32,630 nt of DNA from Thermodesulfobacteriota bacterium (GTDB lineage Bacteria > Desulfobacterota > BSN033 > UBA1163): positions 1 through 32,630 of the forward strand of contig JBFMAE010000135.1 in NCBI GenBank assembly GCA_040756085.1, written 5' to 3'. The notes beneath the pieces were generated by a model. The model did no database searches and was not told the origin of the DNA. It was given only the letters and a program-made list of their open reading frames with translations. Positions 1 through 7,969 of this stretch are shown piece after piece (positions within the stretch are counted from its first letter, which is position 1; each line of letters begins with the position of its first letter). A program made the translations under genes and the position numbers.

Positions 1-64
1 GCCCAGCTCACTGTCCGGGGCGCTTGAGAAGTTACGAACAAAGGTCAAAGGTGCGCAGGACTGG

Positions 65-1066
65 ATGGACCTGGTGAGCACAATTGTTCACCTTTATGAA
101 GCTGGAGTCCTCCGAGATGAAACACAAAATAAACCGACCTTCAGGGCGGATCCCTCTGGATATGACTCAGCGCCAATTCATGTTGCTATGTTAAATGATA
201 GAGTACGTACATCAAGTTTCCTTGCTGGCATTTATGAAGTAGTTCGCCCTGGGGATATTGTTGTGGATATTGGAACCGGGACAGGTATTTTAGCGATTGC
301 CGCAGCACGTGCTGGAGCTCGACATGTTTATGCAATTGAAGCCAGCGGCATCTGGAGATTGGCTAAAGCACTTTTTGAATCCAACGGAGTGGCCGACAGG
401 ATCACCCTCTTGGAGGGATGGTCCACACAAATAAACCTGCCTGAACAAGCAGATGTGCTGATTAGTGAAATGATTGGCAATGAGCCATTAGCGGAAAATG
501 TTCTTGAGATAACCACTGATGCTGTAAAAAGACTACTCAAACCGGATGGGCGTCTGGTACCTAATAACGTCAAAATATTTGGCTTACCGGTTACTATCCC
601 CACCGCCGAACTTATGAAACACACATTCATAACCGAAACCCTGCAAAATTGGAAATCCTGGTATGGCATCGATTTTAATCCTTTGAGCGATGCTATACGG
701 AATTCCCCCCATGCTTTTTTTATTAATTCGTTTTCGGCACGTGACTGGAAAATTCTCAGCGAGCCTATCCTGCTGGCAAGTATAGATCTAAAGAATGTTA
801 GTCAATTGACTATTGACAATACAATAACTGCTACCACCAATGCTTTAGGACAGTTGAATGGTCTTTTTGAGTATTTCGAACTGGAGCTTGGGCTAAAAAC
901 ACGGTTGTCAACACACCCATCCCATGTGAATGCAGATAATCATTGGCGTTCTCCTGTTTGGGTTTTTATAGAACCCCTATCCTTGAATACCGGAGATCAA
1001 TTTGCAGTGACTTATAGATATCGTGTAACAGAGGACAAGGTTAGGGTGAGTGTTGCGCGCATCTGA
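65..1066 (+). CDS. Class I SAM-dependent methyltransferase, protein arginine N-methyltransferase (PRMT)-like
   Basis: 333-aa ORF starting at ATG. SAM motif I VVDIGTGTGILAIAAARAG. PRMT-type pre-motif HVAMLNDRVRT. Double-E loop SEMIGNEPLAE has both Glu at the same spacing as SEWMGYCLFYE of PRMT1. THW-loop-like NHWRSPVW lies in the C-terminal half. Confidence 0.8.
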   Translation: MDLVSTIVHLYEAGVLRDETQNKPTFRADPSGYDSAPIHVAMLNDRVRTSSFLAGIYEVVRPGDIVVDIGTGTGILAIAAARAGARHVYAIEASGIWRLAKALFESNGVADRITLLEGWSTQINLPEQADVLISEMIGNEPLAENVLEITTDAVKRLLKPDGRLVPNNVKIFGLPVTIPTAELMKHTFITETLQNWKSWYGIDFNPLSDAIRNSPHAFFINSFSARDWKILSEPILLASIDLKNVSQLTIDNTITATTNALGQLNGLFEYFELELGLKTRLSTHPSHVNADNHWRSPVWVFIEPLSLNTGDQFAVTYRYRVTEDKVRVSVARI

Positions 1067-1070
1067 CCTC

Positions 1071-1117
1071 CCTCACCCTTCCCCTCTCCCCCCTATTGGG
1101 AGAGGGATGGGGTGAGG
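1071..1117. repeat. Imperfect 20-bp GC-rich hairpin between the methyltransferase stop and the ABC exporter start
   Basis: The arm cctcacccttcccctctccc (1071-1090) pairs with gggagagggatggggtgagg (1098-1117). Hand pairing gives 17 WC + 1 GU + 2 mismatches and a 7-nt loop. The 3' arm overlaps the GAGGAG Shine-Dalgarno (1114-1119) of the ATG at 1127. Confidence 0.6.
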
Positions 1118-1126
1118 AGAAACCGA

Positions 1127-2944
1127 ATGTTTACTCCAATGATAAAAAGCCCTTTTAAAAAATACCTATTTACTCTTATCAACGTCATGTCCTGGAGAGT
1201 TGCATTGACACTTGGGTTGATGGTTTGTCTTGGCCTGATGGAAGGTGTTAGTTTGCTGATACTGGTTCCACTTCTGCAAATGGTGGGTTTAGATGTTCAA
1301 CAGGGCACCTTGGGACGGATTGCTGAATTTATATCATCCCTATTTTCAGTTATTGGGATTCGACCTACATTAATCGTGGTTCTTTGCTTGTATGTGCTCA
1401 TTGTCATCTTACATTCAATACTTAAACGCTTGGAAAATTCTGTAAGCCTTAAACTCCAGCACGAATTTGTGGTTCGTCTAAGGCTGAAGTTATATCGAGC
1501 CATTGCTAATACCAATTGGCTTTTTTTCGTTCGTCAAAGGTTATCCGATTTCACCCATGCATTGACCATTGAAATGGAACGGATAGGGGCAGCGACCTAT
1601 TATATTTTGAACCTCCTTGCCACGGGTATTGTTACGATTGTTTATATTCTTTTTGCATTAAAGCTTTCTGCAACAATGACAGGAATGGTCTTTCTTTGTG
1701 GTAGCGCGTTAGTGTTTATGCTTAGAAGGAAGACAAAAACAGCTCAAGAAACTGGTGAAGGACTCTCAGAAGCGATGAGTAGCCTTTATAACGCTGTATC
1801 AGAACACCTTGGCGGAATGAAAATTGCTAAAAGCTATGGATCTGAAGACCGACACGCTGAGATCTTTGGGAGACTAACCGAGCAGGTTCGTCACATGTAT
1901 ACCTATGCAGTCCAGAATCAGGCGGAGGTGAATTATTGGTTTAATGTTGGGTCTGTGATAATCCTTAGCATCATCCTGTATGTTTCTTTTAAGGTATTAT
2001 CCATCCCTACTGCTGGAGTCCTTTTGCTCCTTTACCTTTTTGCTCGAATCATGCCTAAGTTTTCCAGCATTCAACAGAACTTCCATTCTTTCATCAATAT
2101 GATGCCGTCGTTCAACAGAATCATGGATATACAAAATCGTTGCGAAGAGGCAGCAGACTCTAAAATCGATGGCACAGACAAATTCAAACTTCAGCATAGC
2201 ATTCGATTTGAGCGGGTCTTTTTTAGTTACAACATGGGGAAAAGTCCTGCCATCATAGATCTCAATTTGACCATTAATGTTGGAGAAACGACAGCTATTG
2301 TTGGTCCATCCGGCGCTGGCAAAAGTACAATAGCTGATCTGGTGATGGGCTTGATTAATCCTGATCAGGGGAAGGTGCTCGCGGATGGTAAGTTATTAAG
2401 TCCGGAGGTGATGAAGAGTTGGCGGGAACAGATTGGGTATGTACCTCAGGATACATTTCTGTTTCACGATACACTCAGGGCTAACCTCCTCTGGGCAAAA
2501 CCTGATGCCGATGAAAAAGAAATTAAGCAATCACTGAAATTCGCAGCACTAGAGGAATTCATTCTAAGGCTTCCAAATGGTTTAGAAACCATTCTCGGAG
2601 ACAGGGGAGTACTTATATCCGGAGGGGAAAGACAGCGTTTAGCATTGGCTAGAGCATTGTTGAGGAAACCATCCTTATTAATTCTTGATGAAGCCACAAG
2701 TTCTTTAGATTCCGAAAATGAGAAACGTATCCAGAATGCAATAGAGAAACTTCATGGTCAGATGACAATATTGGTCATATCCCATAGACTCTCCACTATA
2801 CGAGGCGCGGATGTTATTCATATGGTGGAAGGAGGCCGATTGATCGAATCCGGAACCTGGGGTGAACTTATTACCAAAGAAAATGGACGTTTCCGCACCT
2901 TGTGCGAAGCACAGGATATAGAATTAACAAAAAAATTCGATTGA
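1127..2944 (+). CDS. ABC exporter, fused permease + ATPase half-transporter (type I exporter, MsbA/McjD-like)
   Basis: The ORF is open from GTG 1112. ATG 1127 sits 7 nt after GAGGAG and is the likelier start. Six-TM N-terminal half. Walker A GPSGAGKST, signature LISGGERQRLALARAL, Walker B LLILDEATSSLD, H-loop ISHRL. Confidence 0.9.
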   Translation: MFTPMIKSPFKKYLFTLINVMSWRVALTLGLMVCLGLMEGVSLLILVPLLQMVGLDVQQGTLGRIAEFISSLFSVIGIRPTLIVVLCLYVLIVILHSILKRLENSVSLKLQHEFVVRLRLKLYRAIANTNWLFFVRQRLSDFTHALTIEMERIGAATYYILNLLATGIVTIVYILFALKLSATMTGMVFLCGSALVFMLRRKTKTAQETGEGLSEAMSSLYNAVSEHLGGMKIAKSYGSEDRHAEIFGRLTEQVRHMYTYAVQNQAEVNYWFNVGSVIILSIILYVSFKVLSIPTAGVLLLLYLFARIMPKFSSIQQNFHSFINMMPSFNRIMDIQNRCEEAADSKIDGTDKFKLQHSIRFERVFFSYNMGKSPAIIDLNLTINVGETTAIVGPSGAGKSTIADLVMGLINPDQGKVLADGKLLSPEVMKSWREQIGYVPQDTFLFHDTLRANLLWAKPDADEKEIKQSLKFAALEEFILRLPNGLETILGDRGVLISGGERQRLALARALLRKPSLLILDEATSSLDSENEKRIQNAIEKLHGQMTILVISHRLSTIRGADVIHMVEGGRLIESGTWGELITKENGRFRTLCEAQDIELTKKFD

Positions 2945-3009
2945 TTTGGAGAAAAGAAAACCGCCTCATGAGAGACGCTTTTCCTAAGGTTAACGCAGCA
3001 AAAAATTCA

Positions 3010-3789
3010 TCAAAATTTGTATGTTACCCCAAAACTCAACGCTGTCTCATCAATAAACCTACCTTCAAGATTCAGTTTTAACTTCTCCATAATTTTATAA
3101 CTTATGCCCACAAATGCGCCAACATTGTCATCGGCTTTATACTTCAATGTGTATCCTTCCTCATCATGTTTCGCCTTTATTCTAACATCTGAATATTTTG
3201 CTCCTAAATAAGGAGTAAAGTTTCCGATTTTCATACCAATATAAGGAGCAACCTGCCATTCCTGAAAAGTAGTCTTCCCTGTAATTGAAAGTATATCAGC
3301 TCCAGTTGCGGGATCCGTGTATAGCCCTCGAATTTTATTCTTATGCCTTAGATATTGTAAGTCTCCGCCTATTAAAAAACCATTCTTGAAAGCATACGTA
3401 CCTTTTAATCCCCCTCCGTAAGCAAAGGCCCATTTTGTATTGTATTTAAAATCCTCTACAATTGCTCCTAAATATTCTATATCACTTTTAAATTTATAAT
3501 CAGCCGCTCCGAGTTTTACATAAATATCCAGAAAATCAAACACTCCAAAGCTCCCCTTAATCATTGTACGATATATCTTTTTAACTTCAATGTTTGTTAT
3601 CCCTACGCCAGGGAAGAGTGTAGGGCTTGACGATTTAAATTCCAAATCCCGCTTAAATACATATTCCTGATCTATACCAATACCAAATTTAAACTGCCCT
3701 TGTGTTTCAGCATCACCAATGCTTGCAGCATAAGTAGCCAAAGGTGAGTAAAAAAGAATTATTAAAGCTAAAAATACTATTTTTTTCAT
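3010..3789 (-). CDS. Outer-membrane beta-barrel protein (OmpA-barrel/porin-like)
   Basis: Signal peptide MKKIVFLALIILFYSPLATYAAS. Alternating amphipathic beta-strand pattern rich in G/Y/F. Terminal ...GVTYKF with C-terminal Phe, typical of BAM substrates. Confidence 0.75.
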   Translation of the reverse strand: MKKIVFLALIILFYSPLATYAASIGDAETQGQFKFGIGIDQEYVFKRDLEFKSSSPTLFPGVGITNIEVKKIYRTMIKGSFGVFDFLDIYVKLGAADYKFKSDIEYLGAIVEDFKYNTKWAFAYGGGLKGTYAFKNGFLIGGDLQYLRHKNKIRGLYTDPATGADILSITGKTTFQEWQVAPYIGMKIGNFTPYLGAKYSDVRIKAKHDEEGYTLKYKADDNVGAFVGISYKIMEKLKLNLEGRFIDETALSFGVTYKF

Positions 3790-3851
3790 AAAGCACCTCC
3801 TTGATTAAATTATTAATGAAAAGCCTGTTTACCCCCAAAAACCTGTAAATA

Positions 3852-3880
3852 CAAATAGTTAAAAAAAATCCTTTTGTCAA
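3852..3880 (-). promoter_or_regulatory. Possible sigma-70 promoter for the OM barrel gene
   Basis: The minus strand reads TTGACA (revcomp of 3875-3880), a 17-nt spacer, then TATTTG (revcomp of 3852-3857), about 60 nt upstream of ATG 3789. Confidence 0.3.
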
Positions 3881-4111
3881 GGATTTTCTTTGTTTATCCC
3901 GTAATCCCTGCTTTTTATCCTTACTTATGTGGTTATTGTGGAAAAAAACCAGGTAGGCCGTTTACCCCGCCCCGCAGAAAGCCCCGTGATTTATCACGGG
4001 GATGAATGCTATAAATCCGAAGGGGCCCAATGCCCCACGTTTTAACGTGCGGTCGGGGTTTACTCATCTCCCCACGACAGGATGGAGTATATTATAAGGT
4101 GTGCCGTCTGG

Positions 4112-4143
4112 CTAAAATAAAAAGGGCGAGCCAAAGCTCGCCC
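4112..4143 (-). terminator. Rho-independent terminator of the PEP-CTERM gene
   Basis: The minus strand reads GGGCGAGC-TTTG-GCTCGCCC (8-bp GC stem, 4124-4143) followed by TTTTTATTTT (4114-4123). It lies 29 nt after the stop at 4172. Confidence 0.65.
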
Positions 4144-4171
4144 TTAAGTCTTCCAATATTTATGTTTTCGG

Positions 4172-4828
4172 TTATGTCCGACGTCTCCTCATCAAAGCTG
4201 CCACACCCAACAATCCACTTCCTAAAAGGAATATGGTGGCAGGTTCAGGCACAGGGACAGGGCAGTCCTGAATGGTATCCACCAAGGCATAGTGGGTCCC
4301 CCAATCATCAGTTACGGATATCCTAATTTCATTGAATATAATGTTAGTGAACCCCAGAAAAGCCGTTTCCGGGTTATCGTAAGTCGTCCTCAGAGAGAAT
4401 TCTTCAACGACTGTACCGTTTAATAAAGCAGTTAAGGTCGTGTAACCAGGATTGGTGGCTAGACCGAATGCGGCTTCCGTCTGAGGGGTGGGAAATATGA
4501 AATTGATAGAAAACGGATCATTAATATTATCTAAATAAAAGTTCCCAACGTAATGTCCGCTGATACCCGTGATTCCCGGAATTCCTGTCACTGGACCTTG
4601 GGAGTCATAATACACGGAAGGAGAAAATGTTACCCCGAAAGGCGCATATTGATTCGTAATTTCGGTACCTTCAGCAAATACGAGTTCATCAAACGTGATT
4701 ATTACCGGCGCATTCGGTAGTCCTGTACTGCTAATTAGGGGAGTAGCGTATGGAGTAGAAACGAAGCTGCATAGGATTGTAAAAATGCTTAACAAACAAA
4801 TAACTAATACCATCATTATTTTTTTCAT
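4172..4828 (-). CDS. PEP-CTERM sorting-domain secreted protein
   Basis: N-terminal signal peptide. C-terminal VPEPATIFLLGSGLLGVAALMRRRRT is the PEP motif + TM helix + Arg cluster. GAGGTG lies 6 nt upstream of the ATG. Confidence 0.85.
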   Translation of the reverse strand: MKKIMMVLVICLLSIFTILCSFVSTPYATPLISSTGLPNAPVIITFDELVFAEGTEITNQYAPFGVTFSPSVYYDSQGPVTGIPGITGISGHYVGNFYLDNINDPFSINFIFPTPQTEAAFGLATNPGYTTLTALLNGTVVEEFSLRTTYDNPETAFLGFTNIIFNEIRISVTDDWGTHYALVDTIQDCPVPVPEPATIFLLGSGLLGVAALMRRRRT

Positions 4829-4884
4829 TTTTACACCTCAGTTTATAAATTTTTAACGAATTTATATTTTCGATACTAATAATG

Positions 4885-4900
4885 AGCAAATTTTATGCCA
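4885..4900 (-). promoter_or_regulatory. Sigma-54 (-24/-12) promoter upstream of the PEP-CTERM gene
   Basis: The minus strand reads TGGCAT-AAAAT-TTGCT, against the consensus TGGCAC-N5-TTGCW, with exact GG/GC spacing. The -12 element is about 58 nt upstream of ATG 4828. Confidence 0.6.
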
Positions 4901-5575
4901 GAAATTACTTGATTAACAACTAATTGTAAGCTATTGAATTTATATACAAAAATATTTATTAACCTTTTTCTCCTTGGTTCTCCTCAGAGCAAAATTGTAA
5001 AGAATTCCGACGATTTGAAAAAGTGATCAGTGGTTAGTGCTAAATGTTAAGAAAAAAATAGTAAAAATGATAGGTTATAAAAAATAAAAATAAAAAGTGA
5101 AGTTGTTAATATTTCCGACAATTTTGGTATAAGTTTAAAGTGTAAAGTGTTGCTGGATTAAAAGGCATGCCTCCTTACTTTTTATGATGTCCAGGAAGAT
5201 TTGGATCTGTTTTTCGACTTGGGCTTGGGCAAAAGCGACACTTCTTGTCTTGTTACAGGGAGACAAAAATTTGGTAATTACCATCTTTAAGAATAGAACA
5301 ACAATCAAGAGTGAATTCAAAGAGGTCAATGGAAGCGATCGTAATAAATGGGACAACGGCTCTATTTTATTATATTTCACCATAGGAGTTGTCTAAATTT
5401 TAGCAAATCCTCACGCCCCTCTTTCCTCCCTAAGGTTGTTTGTGGACAAGTCGGTTAAAAAAGTAGAGAGCGAGAGTATTTATAAATTGGTACTTGAACC
5501 GTCCATCCTCTTCATTTCTAAAAGACTCAATGGATGACACTGAAATTTAGAGTCCCATTTACCTCAAAATTCTTG

Positions 5576-5604
5576 TTGACCCCTGTGGAGAAATTTAGTA
5601 TAGT
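5576..5604 (+). promoter_or_regulatory. Sigma-70 promoter for the PilZ gene
   Basis: TTGACC (5576-5581), a 17-nt spacer, then TATAGT (5599-5604), about 95 nt upstream of ATG 5701. Confidence 0.5.
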
Positions 5605-5700
5605 TGTATCAAAAGCTCAACATCCCTTTAACCCTTTCTAACTGAAAGGGAAATAGATGGGTGGAATGAATTTAGCCTCCATTTCTAATCAAAAGGTCTG

Positions 5701-6090
5701 ATGGAATCAGAAGGAAAAGAAACCAAACACCATATCGGGATTGTCAATTTTGAGAGAAGAAAGTATCCCCGATTTAATGTCGATTTACCGGTAGAATATC
5801 ATAAAATTAACTCCCCCATCGGCCATGCCGGCCGAGCCCTCAATGCCAGCGAAGGTGGTTTATTGATTTATTTTCCTGAGCAGATGGAGATCGGTCAACA
5901 TCTAAAGATAAAACTTTTTTTTGCTTCAGGGGCTGATCTAAATACCATCGAAGTGCTGGCTGAGCTGGTCTGGATGGATATCCATTTAGGTAAAGGCTGG
6001 GGGGATTATCGGTGTGGAGTAAGATTTGTTGATATCTCTCCAGAGGATAGGACGAAGTTGAAGAATTTTTTAATAAGCCTTTCACAGTAA
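5701..6090 (+). CDS. PilZ domain protein (c-di-GMP receptor)
   Basis: RxxxR motif in ERRKYPRF and the D/NxSxxG motif NASEGG. Single-domain size of 129 aa. Confidence 0.8.
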   Translation: MESEGKETKHHIGIVNFERRKYPRFNVDLPVEYHKINSPIGHAGRALNASEGGLLIYFPEQMEIGQHLKIKLFFASGADLNTIEVLAELVWMDIHLGKGWGDYRCGVRFVDISPEDRTKLKNFLISLSQ

Positions 6091-6167
6091 CCCCTTCCTC
6101 TCCTTAAATGGGGAAGGCAAGTCGCAGAGCTGTGTAAAAAATTAAGCTCCTAAATCCATTGCAACCA

Positions 6168-6428
6168 TCATTTAACAAACGTTCCCTTTTTATATTTCCA
6201 GATAATCAATCCGTCCTTACCCAATTGATGGAATGCCGAACGGATGGTCTGTCTGCTTACATTGAACTGAAGGGCAAGCTTCTCTTGGACTAATCGATTT
6301 CCTTTCTTCAACTTGCCGGAGAGGATCCTCTTCTTCAGTTTTTGATAAACCTCCCCATCCATGTAGTGCCTCTTTAATTTCCTCTGAAAAATTTCTTTAA
6401 GGACGTTTTCGGGTATTTTGTTTTTCAT
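6168..6428 (-). CDS. GntR-type winged-HTH transcriptional regulator (DNA-binding domain only)
   Basis: YQKLKKRILSGKLKKGNRLVQEKLALQFNVSRQTIRSAFHQLGKDGLI...KGTFV matches the GntR N-terminal domain pattern. At 86 aa there is no effector domain. Confidence 0.7.
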   Translation of the reverse strand: MKNKIPENVLKEIFQRKLKRHYMDGEVYQKLKKRILSGKLKKGNRLVQEKLALQFNVSRQTIRSAFHQLGKDGLIIWKYKKGTFVK

Positions 6429-6484
6429 AAGAGCTCCTTTCCGAATAGCCCATTTGGGGATTTCTTTCCTTTTGAACGATCATT

Positions 6485-7186
6485 TCATTCATCTTTTTCC
6501 AGGATGATCCTGGCATCGACAGCTGCCGCGCCGTCTCCGTAAGCAACGATGGGGTTTAGCTCCAGTTCTTTAATCTGAGGATTTTTCTCTATCAGGCTGG
6601 ATAGCTTAAGGATGATTTCCACTAATACGGATATGTTGGCTGGTTCTTTTCCCCTGTATCCCTGCAACAAGGGATATCCTTTTATTTCTTTAATCATCTC
6701 CAGCGCGTCTCTTCGGTCCACAGGAATGATCCTGAAAGAAACATCTTTAAGTATTTCTACAAAGATGCCCCCCAGGCCAAACATGATGACCGGTCCAAAT
6801 TGAGGATCTTTATTAGTACCAACAATGACCTCAGTTCCCGGACGGGCCATTTTTTGTACGGATACCCCCTGGATGAGAATGCCGGGATATTGCTGGCTCA
6901 CACTTTCTATGATTTCGTTATAAGCCGTTTTTACCTCGTCCGCATGATTTAAGGCCAACTTCACCCCGCCAGAGTCACTTTTGTGAATCACATCCGGGGA
7001 AGCTATTTTTAGCGCTACGGGGAAGCCGATCTCCTGGCTAAGATAGACCGCTTCTTCTTCCGTCTTAGCCAGTCTGGTTTCTATGACGGGAATGCCTGCC
7101 TGTTTAAGAATTTCTTTCGATTCAAATTCAGTGAGTATGGACCTGCCTTCCTTGATTGCCTTATTGAATATTTGAAACTTCCCCAT
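6485..7186 (-). CDS. ADP-forming acyl-CoA synthetase, ATP-grasp (beta/domains 3-4) part
   Basis: ILTEFESKEILKQAGIPV...EIGFPVALKIASPDVIHKSDSGGVKLAL is an ATP-grasp_5 type sequence. The ORF is open to 7285. ATG 7186 (MGKFQIF) is preceded by AAAGGGAAAGAAGG. Confidence 0.7.
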   Translation of the reverse strand: MGKFQIFNKAIKEGRSILTEFESKEILKQAGIPVIETRLAKTEEEAVYLSQEIGFPVALKIASPDVIHKSDSGGVKLALNHADEVKTAYNEIIESVSQQYPGILIQGVSVQKMARPGTEVIVGTNKDPQFGPVIMFGLGGIFVEILKDVSFRIIPVDRRDALEMIKEIKGYPLLQGYRGKEPANISVLVEIILKLSSLIEKNPQIKELELNPIVAYGDGAAAVDARIILEKDE

Positions 7187-7709
7187 CCTTCTTTCCCTTT
7201 CTTCCTGATCCATATCGATAGGCAATGCCCAGCGCCTTAATGGCCATCTCAAGGTCTGAAAATACTGGGAAGCCAAGATCTTCAAGATGATAGGTCAGGT
7301 TATTGATCATCGGTGATCTTGGGCCATATATCCAGGTAGCGACAGGTTTTCGACAAACCTCCTTCAACTCTTTATAAAATGTTACATAGTTTTCTATCAA
7401 CCCTTCAACCGGCCCTGCCCAGAGGACATTGAAAAGGCAATCAATGTGATCATCCGACAGAACGGCTTTCAGAACATCCTGATAGATAGACATATAATTG
7501 CCAACGACGACCATGACCGGACCGATATCAACAATCGTCTCCCCCAGGCCAGGGAAGATCGTGTTTAACTTCGTGGTTGTTTCAGGAGATAACCTGGTTA
7601 TGGATAAGCCGTATTTTGCCCCTTCGTCTGTGGCTAAAACACCTATCCCTCCGGTAAAGCTGACGATCCCCTCTCCTCGGGGGAGAAGAGACGTTTTTAA
7701 AATTAACAA
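7161..7709 (-). CDS. ADP-forming acyl-CoA synthetase fragment (CoA-ligase flavodoxin-like domain 5), possibly truncated or pseudogenised
   Basis: GIVSFTGGIGVLATDEGAKYGL...VDIGP resembles the third (ligase-CoA) domain of fused Acd proteins. The only start is a TTG with no SD. CoA-binding domains 1-2 are absent. The ORF overlaps the next ORF by 26-125 nt in another frame. Confidence 0.5.
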   Translation of the reverse strand: MLILKTSLLPRGEGIVSFTGGIGVLATDEGAKYGLSITRLSPETTTKLNTIFPGLGETIVDIGPVMVVVGNYMSIYQDVLKAVLSDDHIDCLFNVLWAGPVEGLIENYVTFYKELKEVCRKPVATWIYGPRSPMINNLTYHLEDLGFPVFSDLEMAIKALGIAYRYGSGRKGKKDGEVSNIQ

Positions 7710-7843
7710 TTTTGTCTGATAATTTCAACATTTTCTAAAAAATACTGGCAAAATATTTTCCAAATAATATATCATTAGATATAGAGTAATAGTCTTTGGT
7801 TTAAAGGGATAGGGTGAGGATGCCAGTTTGGTTGACAGGTTAT

Positions 7844-7943
7844 GTCATTCCTGCCTGCGGTAGGCAGGGGACTTTAAATCTTTAGCCTTCCCCCATTTCC
7901 CCTAAACTCTGCCTGCGGCAGGCAGGCAAACGGGTTTCGTGAC
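7844..7943. repeat. GC-rich nested-hairpin repeat, diverged copy of the GTCATTCCTG element family
   Basis: It starts gtcattcctgcctgcggtaggcagg and has a second palindrome gcctgcggcaggc. Its end, cgggtttcgtga, resembles caggtttcacga of the 18074 copy. The 18-mer cctgcctgcggtaggcag (7850-7867) recurs exactly at 22188-22205. Confidence 0.55.
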
Positions 7944-7969
7944 CCTAACACAAAAATTATTTCGATAGT

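Noticed and set aside
1-27. A plus-strand frame ending ...AQLTVRGA-stop at nt 27 may be the 3' end of an upstream gene.
   Set aside because: Only 8 codons are visible, too few to support a feature. It is mentioned only as a hint that the first operon continues upstream.
328-2697. Antisense or alternate-frame ORFs inside the methyltransferase and ABC exporter genes (328-669, 1297-1515, 1997-2197, 2464-2697).
   Set aside because: They lie fully inside well-supported genes on the opposite strand, have no motifs or RBS, and have low-complexity composition typical of shadow ORFs.
4030-4326. A 98-aa plus-strand ORF.
   Set aside because: It runs through the hairpin repeats and the terminator, then antisense into the PEP-CTERM gene, and has no RBS. 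It is a shadow ORF.
5135-5396. Two mutually overlapping small ORFs (82 aa minus, 70 aa plus) in the AT-rich spacer.
   Set aside because: Neither has a convincing RBS or recognisable motifs, and each is the antisense of the other. The region is better explained as a regulatory spacer or decayed DNA.
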